From NCBI RefSeq assembly GCF_041956535.1, contig NW_027192217.1, positions 178,196 to 242,195 of the forward strand: 64,000 nt of DNA, given 5' to 3'. This document shows positions 50,792 through 64,000 of this stretch, one piece after another. Source of the DNA: Calcarisporiella thermophila CBS 279.70 (taxonomy: Eukaryota; Fungi; Calcarisporiellomycota). Under the pieces are notes generated by a model. It made no database searches and was not told the DNA's origin. It saw only the letters and a list, made by a program, of their open reading frames with translations. Each line of letters opens with the position of its first letter. Within the stretch, counting starts at the first letter, position 1. The translations under genes and the position numbers were made by a program.

Positions 50792-51529
50792 TCAAACGTG
50801 GGCCTTTTTCACGTTAAAGAAATTTCTTACTACAAACACTTGCAAAGCGGCCATGCTCACAATTGCGATTGTCTCAGTCAAACCAAACCACCAGATGCGG
50901 TTCTCTGTCGAAACAACGGTGGACATATTGCGGTTTTCGCGAGTGCGGAAGTATTTCTGATTGCGCGAAACGCTCGAGAGAGAGCCGGATATACGCATCA
51001 ATGACTCATCCATTGAGTTCATATGCTCGGGTGCGGTGGGCTGCTTCTCACGGTCAAACTGTGTATAGGTGGGTCGAACCTCGTGCTCCAACTCAATCTC
51101 GAAATCAACCAATTTCTCCGCGAATGTAGACATATCATTAGCAAAACAGAATGAATATTCTCCCGCATCATTTGCAGTAAAAACGAAATCGCCCTGGCGT
51201 TCACGCTCCCCATTGATGATGACGTTTCCACGAGGACCAGTTACTGTGTAGTCGATATCGAATGAACCTCCCGATTGAACCTGAAAGAAAAAATATGCCA
51301 AGGAAAACCATTGGCTGATCAGATAACTTCTTCACAAATATTGTTAAGGAATAATTACAGCAAAGTAGAACCCAATCTTCTTGCCCGGCAAGTCGACTTG
51401 GGTATAGAAGCAAGCTCGCTCATGCGCGGCGACGCTGTATGTAAGTGCAGTGGCAGAGGAGTAGCCGACCAGCGTAGCTAACAAAAAGCCGACAGCTAAG
51501 ATGCATGATGAATAGAATTTCCGAGCCAT
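50792..51529 (-). CDS. p24/emp24 (GOLD-domain) cargo receptor
   Basis: Signal peptide, ERACFY, FYFAVQSGGSFDIDY, GEYSFCF, QKYFRTRENRN, TM plus FF/KK tail. Confidence 0.92.
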
Positions 51530-51812
51530 TTTAGATGTCCACTCAAAAAAAATTATTTTATAAAAGAGAGGTGGGAAGAGCAACAGCGTATTTCTACTCA
51601 AAATTAGATCAAATTACGTGATAAGAATCAGCCATACTAGGAATCATCATTTTAAATTTTTGAATACCTAAATCGCGAAAATTTTGGAATTTTATCCAAG
51701 TCTAATCTACGCCATTCTATGAGACTCCACATCACTTTAGCCCTCTCTCAAATTCAATTTTATTTTGTTGGTTCTTTTTGATTAATTTTAAGAATTCTTT
51801 TGAAATTAAGCG

Positions 51813-53370
51813 ATGACAAGCTGGTTGACGCGCAAACTTCAAAACCTAACTACCGGTAGCGGCGAACCGAGCTCTGGATATTCGGAGGTTATTAATGATT
51901 TGCAAAGGGAATTTAATGTGTCAAGTGAAAAATTGCGTGAAATCGCGGATGGCCTCAAGTGCGAAATGAGAAAGGGCTTGGAGCAAACCGGACAAACAGG
52001 TACGTCTATCTATTATTTTCTATTTTAATTGGTTCCCTACTCCTGCCACATAGTTAATTACATTTTGCTATCGATTAGTTGCAATGGTACCCTCTTATGT
52101 TACTGGGCGACCGGACGGCAAAGAGCAGGGAAGATATCTGGCCCTGGATCTTGGCGGCACAAATTTGCGTGTGTGTGAGGTTCATCTCTCTGGAGATGGT
52201 AAAGTTTCCATGAAACAGCAAAAGTATACCATATCTCAGGAGTTGCAAACTGGTCCCGTGCGAGATCTCTTTGATTATATGGCCACTTGTATCGACAAAT
52301 ATGTTACGGAGCATTCTTCTATGGAAACTCGAGAACTTCCAGCGACAAAGCTCGGGTTCACATTCTCTTTTCCTGTTCTACAAACCGCATTGGATCGAGG
52401 AACGCTTATTCATTGGACGAAGGGATTCAATTGCTCAGGCGTGGAGGGCAAAGACATCGTCGAGTTGTTAAGAGACGCTTTGAGCCGCAAAAATGTGCCT
52501 GTCGAGGTACTGGCACTGGTGAACGATACTGTTGGTACCCTCATTTCCCAAGGTTACAAGGATCCAAACACACTGCTTGGCGTCATCCTTGGGACTGGAA
52601 CTAATGGAGGTAAATTTTATTTGACGACCGGACTAGCACAAGAATGTATACTAACACATATGCGTATCTGCTTAGCTTATTTTGAAAAAATCTCGAACAT
52701 CAAAAAGCTCACCAATACTTCGCTCAACCCAGACGATACTATGGTGATTAATATGGAGTGGGGTGCATTTGACAATGAACGTCGTGTCTTGCCGGTCACA
52801 ATGTTCGACAATAAATTGGACCGGAAATCGGTCAATCCACGCAAGCAAACGTTCGAAAAACTAGTGTCCGGCATGTATCTTGGCGAGATCTCCCGTAATG
52901 TCATTTTACACTTGATCGATCGAAACATTCTCTTCGACGGATATAGTTCTGCTGATTTGAACAAGATGTGGAGTTTCGAAACAGGTTATATGTCGATAAT
53001 CGAGAATGATAAAAGCGCTGACCTGACCGAGACCCAGCATATACTTGAAAACACTCTGAGCTTACCTAAGACGTCTCTGGAGGAGCGGCGCATTGTGAAA
53101 AAGATTGTAGAATTAGTGGGCACCCGTGCCGCACGCCTTGCTGCCGCAGCATTTGTTGGTGTCACCGAACATTGCAACTCAGTCGAGAAAGGATGCTCGA
53201 TTGGAATCGACGGCTCACTCTATCATCACTATCCAGGATTCCGCGAGCGAGTGCGGGCTGCCATGCGAGAGTTGCTCGGCGAAAAGGCTGAAAACATAAA
53301 GCTCACTGAGGCATCAGATGGTAGTGGCATTGGGGCAGCTATCATTGCTTGTTTGGCTAACAAGGCTTGA
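51813..53370 (+). CDS. Hexokinase/glucokinase
   Basis: YLALDLGGTNLRV, LGFTFSFP, WTKGF, VNDTVGT, GTGTN, INMEWGAFD, DGSGIGAA. Confidence 0.96.
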
Positions 53371-53560
53371 TGATAGCAAGTTTTAGGGTTGTTTTTGGTT
53401 GAATACTTTTTTGTACAATTGAGTTAAAAGAAGAGAATACTATTAAGTTCTCAAATGATTCTAACAAAAGAATAAATTCATATTATAGAGTACTTTTCTT
53501 CAATAACTTTTTATTGGACAAGTGAAAAACAACTGTTCAAGAATAGAGAAAAAATGTGAT

Positions 53561-54449
53561 TTACTCCTCGTCCTCCTCACCCTCACCACCCTGAGCAGAC
53601 TTTTGACGCTTGCGCTTCACGCGACCAGCACGGCCACCACCGTAGGGCGAAGTGAGAGCAAAGTCGATGTGCTTCTGCGAATCCAAGCGAACAACAAAGC
53701 TCGGGATGTTCACCATCTGCCGGCCAACGCTGAAAAAATCAACAGAGGCATCATGAGTATGGTAAATAACCATGTAACAAAGCACGAGATGACAAAACTT
53801 ACCGGATATGGCGTTGCCTGATGAGGACGCGAGCATGATGGATCGATTTCGCAAGACCAAGTTTGAACACTTGGGTCTGCAAGCGGCGCTCCAAAAAGTC
53901 CTCAATTTTGAGGGAAAGCACGTAATCGAGCTTCATCTTGGATTCGTCCAAAACGCCAATGCGCACAAGACGACGAATAAGAGCATTTCCTTCGAAGAGA
54001 CGACGAGGGTCCTTCTCTTCAAGAGTGAGCAGCTCACGAGCAGCACGACGGATCTTGGAGAGGGTGTAGCCAACTCGCCAGACCTCGCGCTTATTGCGCA
54101 GTCCGTATTCACCAACCAGCTTCAACTCGTGGTCCAGACGCTCGGACTCGAACGGGCGACGGGGAACCTTGTAAGTCTTAGAGCCTAGTAGAAATAAAGA
54201 GGCGTAGAATTAGCAAATGTGGTTGGAAAAAGAGAATATGTAAATCGAAATAAAATTATGATTGGGGTAAGATGATATTAGAATAGTGCGGAATGGTATG
54301 AAAGTATATATAAAAAATATAAAAGATACATCGAAAATTATCACGCTTATTCTCATCAGAGCAAGCATGAAGGTGATATTAAATCCTGGATTATTGATGA
54401 ATATTATACTATAAAGAGAACACATACAGTTTCTCGGAACCTTCGGCAT
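53561..54449 (-). CDS. RPS9: 40S ribosomal protein S9 (uS4)
   Basis: [56 protein letters not shown]; 3 exons. Confidence 0.97.
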
Positions 54450-54786
54450 GCTGGCTTTCGACTAGTAAATTATTGCACTTACGATGAAGTGAGGCAGTCG
54501 AGGAAAGAGGGGGAAAACAAAAAAGTACTCGCAACCAAAGTCTTTATTTACACATCTCGAGAATAGGAATTCTTTGATTGGGCGATTCGAGTGACGTCGA
54601 CACCAAAAAAATTTTCTCTAGTTTTGTTTGTATAGCGAGGGCATCATGAAATAGGTTTCCTCCTCTCTTCCCGTTCTCATTTTTTTCAGTTTGAAGAAAG
54701 AGAAAAGGTAAACATATTTTTGGACAATTGAATTAACAAAGAGATGCTAATCTTATCTATGATATTCACTCACCGTAGAATACAAC

Positions 54787-55342
54787 ATGCCGCATTCGTT
54801 CGGTTACCGCGCTCGCACTAGGCACATGTTCTCCCGGGATTTCCGGAAACATGGTCCCGTCAAGCTCTCTACCTACCTCAAGACCTACCGAGTTGGCGAT
54901 ATTGTTGACATCAAGGCTGATGCCGCCATCCAGAAGGGCATGCCTCACAAGTTCTACCATGGGTATATTTTCTACATTCTCGGATCAGGTTTTAAATTGC
55001 TCTAATCTATATTCCTTTCTATTTGCTCTCTATAGTCGCACTGGTGTTGTCTACAACGTCACCCCTCACGCCGTTGGTGTGATTGTGCACAAGCGCGTTG
55101 GCAACCGCTACCTTGAGAAGCGTGTTAACATCCGCATTGAGCACATCAAGCACTCCAAGTGCCGCTTGGACTTCTTGCGTCGCGTTAAGGACAACGCTGC
55201 TAAGCTCAAGGAGGCTCATGAAACTGGCGTCAAGGTTAATCTTAAGCGCCAGCCCGTGACCCCCCGTGAAGGTCACAGCGTCTCTACATTCAACAATGTC
55301 CCAACTACCATCACGCCGGTACCTTTCGAGACCCTGCTCTAA
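54787..55342 (+). CDS. RPL21: 60S ribosomal protein L21 (eL21)
   Basis: [42 protein letters not shown]; 5'UTR intron about 54708-54778. Confidence 0.97.
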
Positions 55343-55606
55343 TCCAATTTTATGCTTTAAGATAACATAAATAAAAACGAGTGCGTGTGAATGGGATAGA
55401 CTCCCGATAATTATTCCTTTAAAAACTGAGATAAAACCATAGACTCTTTCATACAACCCTGCTTCTAAAGGATATAACATTTATTTAAACAACGAGTATC
55501 AACTAGTATCATACTTGGAATCTAATATAAGCTAAACTTTAAGTAAAAAATACACTAAACAAATAATAAGTTGCTAAGAGCTTATGAAACACAATATATA
55601 TCAAAA

Positions 55607-58049
55607 TCACCGTCCAGCATCAATCTCTTTTCTTGCGACAGCTATTTGCTCTAAAGTGTTTTGCTGCTCTTTCACTGCTAATTGCTCCAATTGACGTAGT
55701 GAGCCTTCAACATGCGCTTTGAATTTGATCAGATCTTCTAATATCTGTATAATTTCCTGCGTCGCCATCTCTCTCAACTCGTTTGCCTGCCGTAGTAGCA
55801 CATCATACCTAAATTGTCACGGTGTTAATGTGTTTTAGCTCTAAGTATAACCTAATATCAAGATTCTCTGAATCTTACTCAATCGTCACTTTTTGTACTT
55901 TCTGTTGACTTTGAAGTAGAGTGGTTGCCCCATCGATTCGCATCCGCTGTAATTCCTGCTCCAGCGCTTCAATTTCCTGGTTGCTAGCTGCATTCTCGGC
56001 GGCTACAACTTCACGCTCTTCAGTATATTGTTGGGTTAGATGGCGAACTCGTCCCTCTAAGCGAGATAGTTCCTCGACCTTATCAGATACTTGTTCTGAA
56101 AGACGATCGACGATGTCTTGCAAATGGAACGATTCCTCTTGTGTTTTATGAAGGGCAGTATTGAAATTAACACGCAGTTTTTGCAAGATAGGCTAAATGA
56201 GTAAAATACACTGATTCGTAAGCGAAAATAACGAATACGTTTAGAAATATTCCTAACCTTGACCGCGTTTCGTAAATCCACTGAAATCATCTGCTCTGAT
56301 CCTATTGCATTAGTGTCAAGCGCAAGCTCATAATCTCCCCCACCGGCATTCGCTGCAGAAGAAGGAATTAGGCATATACTATATGCTATCTCGTTGTATC
56401 TTTGCACAGCTCGATCCACCTAAATAATCATAGGAATCATTTGAATATACATCATGAAAATTTAATATCTTGACGATATTCACCATGCTAAGTTTGGATT
56501 GAAACTCCCGTTCTTTTTCCCAGATCTGCTTATTCAATTCCTCGGATTTTACGGCAACTTCATTCAAACTTTTCATCAACTGTTCACGCTCCACGGTCAT
56601 TCGATCGACATCGGCCGGGGAAACCTCTTGTGAGTCAACCTTTGCTTGCACTTCATTCTTTTCGCTATCAAGTCGTTCGAGTTCAGATTCTATTAAAGGA
56701 TATGTGTATTAGAAAAGATTAGATTTCAAATTCACTGAGTATACAAATTACCGCTTATTTTTAGTTCATTTTTCAACTCTTCGTTCACCTCAGTGAGTTT
56801 CTGTTTTCTTCCCTGGAGTTTCTTGATATATTGCAGAAATTTCTCCTTATCAGATTGGAGCGTAGCTCGTTCTTTATCCAATTGGACTAAGGGCGACTAT
56901 AAAAAGATGTCAATATTTTACTATTTCAGAAAGAAAATTAAAACTAATACCTCTGTCTCGTTCATTTGCTGCAGTTCGGCTAGGAGCGACTGGCTCTCTT
57001 TTTGCAACCGTTCGATTTCTTGTATTGTGTGCTCATTTTTTCGATCTAATAATAATCATACAATTATGAGGTGATATAATTTATATAAAATAATGATATT
57101 TATATTGAATATACCAAATCTTGCTGCTAGCTCTTGCTCCATTTCATCAAAATCATTATTGCCAACATCCATCCAATATCCATACGCTTTGGCAAGGTAG
57201 TCAAAAAATATCTTCTCTGGAGAATCGTCAAAGTTCATTTCATTGATTTTGGGATCAATCTTTTCAACGGACTATACGATTCAATGAATCATTAATATGC
57301 CTTTCTTAAAGTGTAATATCAGTGCTAAAGTACCATTATCAATTGCACCATCCAATCAAGCATTGCTAGTATAATTGGCCATGAATGCATCGAGCCGACC
57401 GCGTAAAGAGAAGACCTGGAAATTTGATCTGCAAATGGGTATCTAAGTATGATTGAATGGGGTAAATTGCATGTATATAATATACCATCAAAATAGTAAA
57501 ACATTTACTTGATACCCTTAAGTAGAGCAGGCACCTCCTCTTCGAACTTCTTTTGAAATACATAGTGCGGGTCAAGCTTTGCATAAAGAAACTTAAAGAT
57601 ATTCTGAAAATCTTTGAGGGTAGGTTGTGAAAGTGTCTTTGTAGAGACTGCTTGAGTGTAACCTGATTGCGCAAGAAAATTAATTATGTTGCGTATAGCC
57701 TTGTGCTGAAAGGATTTGTCGCGCACAGGGCGTGGATCTTTGCTAGGAGTTCCGCCTGAACCTATTGAATTGACGATACCTACGCTAGACGGTCGATGAA
57801 ATGCACTAGAACGTCTGTTCATATGCAAAATTGATGTAGTATTGTACATTTTAGGAGATTGGATATCTAATATTACCTGACAGACATCATTGATGGACGC
57901 GTTACAGTAGTCCTTCCAGCCGAGGGTGGAGGTGGAATGGAAGATTTGAAAGCGTTCGACTCAAGTGCTATTGTTGTTCGTCTAGCTGTTGAAGGAACCG
58001 GAATGCCAGATTCCGGCCCAAGTGTAGTCCGTCGCGACCATGGTTCCAT
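55607..58049 (-). CDS. NDC80: Kinetochore protein Ndc80/Hec1
   Basis: KDPRPVRDKSFQ, PTLKDFQNIFKFLYAKLDP, YPFADQISRSSLYAVGSMHSWP, long coiled coil with QEVSPADVDRM. Confidence 0.93.
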
Positions 58050-58181
58050 GTTTTGAAATCTTCAAAAAGTGAGAATACAGAAATTTTAACAAAATCGCAA
58101 TTTTACGCGTTCCTAATTTTCTACGTCACCTTTAATATACAATCGCGAAATACATGTGCTCTATATGGAATCTTGAATAAA

Positions 58182-59558
58182 ATGAATGCTGTAAGAACCA
58201 TCAAAGCTGTACTTATCGATCTCAGTGGGACACTTCATATTGACAAAAAGGTGGTAGATTCTACTTCTATTTACAAGAACACTTTATTTTTAACACATTT
58301 ATTTCTAGCCGATAGAAGGAGCAATTGAGGGGCTAAAGAAACTAAGGAGTTCGGGAATTCCTGTAATTTTAGCATTACTCGAGTTTTTCGTTTAATTATC
58401 TGTCAGCTAATTCTCATTTTATTATTTTTTATAGTTCAGGTGCTTATTATTTGTATCCTGGAATTAGTGAATAACTATTTAAAATGTAACATAATATTAT
58501 TTTCAGGTTCTGTACGAATACAACCAAGGAAAGTACGCAGAGTTTACTTAAAAAATTGAACTCCATCGGATTCGAAGTACACCATCACGAGGTATTGTCC
58601 TATAACTTTTAATTGTATATTGTGTACATTTCAACATATTTTGTCTAATAAGTTATTTTTACTCGTATGATAGTTGTTCACTTCGCTGAGTGCCTGTAAG
58701 AACATCATTCTCACACAAGGCTTAAGGTAGAGCACTTTTATCCTATAGCATATTTTTCGTTTCAATTGTAGCATTTATTATCTAGGCCACTATTGCTTTT
58801 AAATGATGAGGCTCTGGAAGATTTTCATGATGTACCTTCCAATGGTCCATATGACTCTGTAGTAGTTGGACTCAGCCCCAGCAAATTTAATTACGAGACA
58901 CTTAATCAAGCTTTTCGCATTTTACTTGACGATAAAGCTCAGCTTATCGCAGTTCACAAAGCCCGCTATTTTGCAGAGAGCGACGGTCTATCATTGGGGC
59001 CAGGCGCATTTGTTTCTGCTTTAGAATACTCGACAGGAAAAGTTGGAAAAATTGTTGGAAAGCCAGGTGCGTTTATAGATTTATCTTGACCAACATAAAT
59101 TAGCTTGATTTATAGCTTCTTATTCTAGAAAAAAGTTTCTTCGAGATTGCCATAAAAGACCTGTGAGCTTATCGAGAGTTGATAAATTATGCCTAAAAAT
59201 CAGGCTCACTCTTGGAATTTGCTTAGGGATTGTCTGGATTCCCCGGAGAATGTGGTTGTCATCGGAGATGATATACATGCTGACTTAGGAGGCAGGTGCA
59301 AGAATTGATAATCAACAATTCAATGTTAATGCTAACATTTGAATTTAAAGGCGGTGCAAAGGAGCTAGGTCTAATTCGCTATCTTGGTAAATACCTTACG
59401 TATATTCACCCTTATATTTATGCTTACCCTGTCGATCATTTCTACTAGTGCGGACGGGAAAATATCGCAAAGGAGACGAGAATAAATTTGAAGGAGTGGA
59501 CGGAGTTTTTGAAAATTTTGGCCAAGTGGTTGAACATATTATACAAACGAATAAATAG
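58182..59558 (+). CDS. HAD-IIA hydrolase, HDHD2/LHPP-like
   Basis: AVLIDLSGTLHI, FCTNTTKES, YETLNQAFRIL, LIAVHKARY, LGPGAFVSALEYSTG, VIGDDI..DLGG, VRTGKYR. Confidence 0.92.
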
Positions 59559-59979
59559 TATTCGATGTATTGTTCTCTCTACAATAACACTTAATTTCGA
59601 AATCATAATCTCAATCATATGAATAAAATGTAGAAAGGCTCTCCTTTGATTCTATTCACTACGGCTCATCACTCCTTCCTTGTCTACGAGTGCATTTGTA
59701 TAGTTGTGACACTCCATCCACACTCCAACACTTACTAGAGCACTGTATCACATAAAGAATAGCGGATAGGTTTGATAACCCTTCTTCGTACATAGTGACG
59801 ATCTATCAATTGTGTATAGCACTAGTATAATGCAACAATTACAAAACTCGAATTCATTTTGCCAGAGATGGATCTCCCTCTCGGGTATTATTGGCCATGG
59901 GCCCAGTCCACATCTTCAAGTCTAGAACAACTTGAATTTAAATCTCGGCTCATGCAAAAGAAAAAGAAGGTGCACTTCT

Positions 59980-60868
59980 CCCTACAAAAAACCCGTCTGG
60001 TGAAAACTGCTAGAAAACGAATAGGAGCATGTAGAAAAGGTGGAGGAGGTTCGCGATTCCCTATAATTTTTNNNNNNNNNNNNNNNNNNNNNNNNNNNNN
60101 NNNNNNNNNNNNNNNNNNNNNNNNNNNNNNNNNNNNNNNNNNNNNNNNNNNNNNNNNNNNNNNNNNNNNNNNNNNNNNNNNNNNNNNNNNNNNNNNNNNN
60201 NNNNNNNNNNNNNNNNNNNNNNNNNNNNNNNNNNNNNNNNNNNNNNNNNNNNNNNNNNNNNNNNNNNNNNNNNNNNNNNNNNNNNNNNNNNNNNNNNNNN
60301 NNNNNNNNNNNNNNNNNNNNNNNNNNNNNNNNNNNNNNNNNNNNNNNNNNNNNNNNNNNNNNNNNNNNNNNNNNNNNNNNNNNNNNNNNNNNNNNNNNNN
60401 NNNNNNNNNNNNNNNNNNNNNNNNNNNNNNNNNNNNNNNNNNNNNNNNNNNNNNNNNNNNNNNNNNNNNNNNNNNNNNNNNNNNNNNNNNNNNNNNNNNN
60501 NNNNNNNNNNNNNNNNNNNNNNNNNNNNNNNNNNNNNNNNNNNNNNNNNNNNNNNNNNNNNNNNNNNNNNNNNNNNNNNNNNNNNNNNNNNNNNNNNNNN
60601 NNNNNNNNNNNNNNNNNNNNNNNNNNNNNNNNNNNNNNNNNNNNNNNNNNNNNNNNNNNNNNNNNNNNNNNNNNNNNNNNNNNNNNNNNNNNNNNNNNNN
60701 NNNNNNNNNNNNNNNNNNNNNNNNNNNNNNNNNNNNNNNNNNNNNNNNNNNNNNNNNNNNNNNNNNNNNNNNNNNNNNNNNNNNNNNNNNNNNNNNNNNN
60801 NNNNNCACCTTTTCTACATGCTCCTATATGTTTTCTAGTAGTTTTCACCAGGAGAGTTTTTTGTAGGG
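59980..60868. mobile_element. Non-autonomous CACTA/CMC(EnSpm)-type DNA transposon spanning the assembly gap
   Basis: Imperfect ~63-bp TIRs (CCCTACAAAAAA..GAGCATGTAGAAAAGGTG at 59980; reverse complement ending ..TTTTTTGTAGGG at 60868), flanked on both sides by TCT (3-bp TSD). Confidence 0.85.
60072..60806. other. Assembly gap (run of N)
   Basis: Unresolved bases inside the TIR element. Confidence 0.99.
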
Positions 60869-61409
60869 TCTCTAGGGTGTAACAAATGCTTGATCTTCTT
60901 TTACTATAGGGAGTACGAAAATTTTTAAGATTTTCATATGATTAACTGCATGGTACTTTCTTGTGCAGATGTAATATAGTGCTAGAGTTTCAACCGGGCA
61001 TGAGGATAATCTATATATATGACCACAGAATAATACAAACAAACCTTTTGTGTACCAGGGTTGCTCCAGAAACTCGAAGCTTAATTCACATGTATATATA
61101 GTGGAGCAGGTTCTATTTATAGGTGGCAATTGAGATGTACTCAAGAGATATCCTTAGTACAGTGTTAGCACAGAGTTAACTTAAATGTGATAAGCATTCA
61201 CTCTATTCGGAGTACATCCACATATTGAATAAATTGCTACTAAATGTTTCTAAAGATTCGTGTTTAAGTGAATATATCTTTTTATGCGGTGTTACTTTTT
61301 ATTTTCCATAGATTATAAAAACATAGGCTAAATCACAAATCAATAAAATGTAGAAGGACAAATATGTTTCAGCAATTGTTATAAGTTAGTAGCTTTATTT
61401 TGGGAAATA

Positions 61410-63738
61410 CTAATTTTTGCGAAGTGCTGGATGTAGCAAGAATTCGTGCAGAGCCTTTCCGGCAGGTACCATTGGGTAAACATGCTCATTCTTTTCCACC
61501 TTGACTTCAAGCACAACAGGACCATCACGATATTCCAGGAACTCCTTCATTGCAGATCCAAGTTCTTTTTCTGCAGTAACGCGCATACCTTTCGCGCCCA
61601 TTGCCTCAGCCAGGAGTACAAAATCAGGGTTCACCATTGCAGTATGCGCGTGTCTTTTGTCATAAAAGATGTCTTGCCATTGCAGCACCATTCCTTGGAA
61701 ATCATTGTTGAGTAGCAACACTTTGACAGGGATGTTGAAGTGAACTGCGGTTGCTAGTTCCATCGCTGTCATACTAAAGGATCCATCGCCATCAATGTCA
61801 ACAACAATATGATCAGGTTTGGCCACTTGAGCACCAATAGCAGATGGGAGACCATAACCCATAGTGCCTAGGCCACCGGAGGTAATGAAGGTTCTCGGAT
61901 ACCTCCATCGGTAATGCTGAGCAGCCCACATTTGATGTTGACCGACACCAGTAGTGATAATGACTTTATCCTTGATAGGTTCGCATTGTCGATCGAGCTC
62001 CTCAATTACCTGCTGCGACTTAAGAAATGCTCCGGGAGCCGGCAAGTCATAGTGGAAAGGATACGCTTTTTTCCACCTAGAATTATAATTGAGTTTGAGA
62101 GTTTAAAATATTGATTCACTGTATCGGCTACTTACTCATTGATCTTTTCAAACCACTCTTTGCGTTGGTTTCCTTGTATCATTGGCAGTAGTTTAGCCAG
62201 ATTTTCTGTTACATCCCCTTCAATCGCTTCCGTGCTCTCAACAACCTTATTTATGTTTTTGGGCATGATTTCAAAGTGAATTATTCCACCGCGGCCTTGT
62301 TGGGCAGCTTGACGGGCTTCGGGAGCGAAAACTATAATAAAGAATCCAATATCAATAGACTGTAGTCAAGCAATAACAGAAAACTGAAAGTAGTTTACGT
62401 TTTAGGTTGCCAGTGACTCGATCGTCAAAACGAGCGCCGAGAGCAATGATCACATCAGCATGCTGCATTGCCAAATTTGCATACGCAGATCCGTGCATAC
62501 CAAGCATGTGCAGACTTTTTTCGTCTCGTTCATCGAATGCGCCAAGTCCTTGCAAAGTTGTAGTGACCGGAATATTACCCCGATTTGCGAGTTCTGCTAG
62601 CAATTTTGGACCATCAGGCGAAGCAAGGATGCCTTGACCAGCATATATGACGGGTCGCTTTGCGTTATTGATGAGTTTAGCAGAGCGATTAATGGAGGCT
62701 TCCCAGTGATTACTGTCGTATGCATGGAACGCTGAAGCAGCAGTATTGCTTGCGACTTTAGGAATTGAGGTTGTAGTCGGGATAGGCTTACGAAGGATAC
62801 TCGCAGTGACATCTTTTGGCAAGTCGACCAAAACTGGTCCCGGTCGTCCAGAAGTGGCAATCTCGAAAGCCTCATTAATTCGCCGAGGCAACTCTGCAAT
62901 GTCTTTGACCATGACATTCCACTAGGTTAAGTTGGTTTAAGTTAGTTTATTCTGATATTGCAGAATGAATAGAAAAATAGAAAAATACCTTAGTGCAAGA
63001 TCTGCTGATGCCGACAACGTCGGCCTCTTGGAAAGCATCGGTCCCAATGGCACTTGTCGGTACTTGTCCACAAAAAACAATCATAGGTGTGCCATCCGAC
63101 AATGCGTCCTGCATCGGAGTAATGACATTAGTAGCACCAGGTCCGGAAGTAACGAGTACAACACCAGGCTTTCCGCTAATGAATATTAAGTAAGTTGATG
63201 CGAGAATATTCAATTATTTATTATAAGAAACAAACCTAGCACGAGCGTAACCCTCAGCCATGTGTCCAGCACCTTGTTCATGTCGTGGCAAAATGAATTC
63301 AAAATGGGGTGATTTATATATAGCGTCAAACACCGGTAGAATTGCACCACCCGGATACCCAAAGACGTGCTTTACTCCATGTCTTGACATCATTTCATGA
63401 AATATTTGTCCACCAGTTAGTCCAACGAAAGAATCATCGTAAGGTTTTGGCTGCTTATTGCCAGACAGGGGATTTAGGGGGTAGAGGGGTGTTGCTGAAC
63501 GCTGGCCCGGTTGAGTTGAAGGTGTGAATGCTGGATCAGGTTGGTGACTAAAAAAAAATTGTCAGAATGACTGCGATAACACAATTAGGTGCATTGAGAA
63601 CTATCTGCAACTACTATACCTAACGGCCGAGCTTTTCCATCGTCTTGCTGCTGACAAGTATAGCGGGCGAGTGCGGGCAAAAAGGGTGCTTTTAGAATGA
63701 CATGCGATAGTTGAAAAGTTAGACATCATTTGTCTCAT
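61410..63738 (-). CDS. ILV2: Acetolactate synthase catalytic subunit, mitochondrial
   Basis: [75 protein letters not shown]. Confidence 0.97.
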
Positions 63739-64000
63739 TATGTTTTTATAATAAGAATTGATTTGGAAAAGAGAAGGGAAGTCGGTAGTGGTATATATGT
63801 TCCAAGAGATTAAAACTGAAAGCAAATGATGATAAGAGCAGAATATAAAGGGAAAAAAGGTCGAAAAGAATATAAAGTGAATCATATCAAAACAGACATA
63901 TCGATCCAATCACAATGAAGTTTATCACGTGCGCTTTTTTATACATTTGCCACTGATATTAACCCCCCGATAATTCAAGGAAATCTCAAACTCGAGGTTT

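Noticed and set aside
1-58049. Apparent enrichment of chromosome-segregation genes (HAUS3, KASH-like, HP1, NDC80) and sterol genes (ERG3, EBP)
   Set aside because: Widely dispersed among unrelated housekeeping genes; no evidence for a cluster.
59859-60866. ORFs of ~300 aa across the N run
   Set aside because: Artefacts of translating the assembly gap.

Overview
Compact, intron-rich eukaryotic DNA with short GT-AG introns and CTAAC/CTAAT branch sites. The gene content points to a fungus, probably early-diverging (Mucoromycota-like); this placement is an inference. About 28 spliced protein genes can be supported. Most are housekeeping: HAUS3-like augmin subunit, ERG3, mitochondrial carrier, RING E3, RPAIN-like, GSH1, NOT3/5, Hst3/4 sirtuin, HP1/Swi6, thioredoxin, ABCB transporter, Zn2Cys6 and homeobox factors, eEF2, PPCDC, QRI7, EBP, p24, hexokinase, RPS9, RPL21, NDC80, HDHD2 and ILV2. 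A CACTA/CMC-type non-autonomous transposon (TIRs plus 3-bp TSD) spans the assembly gap. The most unusual signals are: (1) a ~1.4 kb GC-rich non-coding island at 38.7-40.1 kb, full of nested long-range helices and carrying a vertebrate-type telomerase template string next to a hairpin (candidate telomerase RNA, or a giant structured leader); (2) an LPMO-fold secreted protein lacking the whole histidine brace; (3) an intronless PPR protein fused to a tetrapyrrole-methylase C-terminal lobe; (4) a duplicated alternative last exon in eEF2; (5) a KASH-like tail-anchored protein ending in VPT. Exon boundaries and RNA pairings were read by eye and family calls are from recalled motifs; no searches were run.
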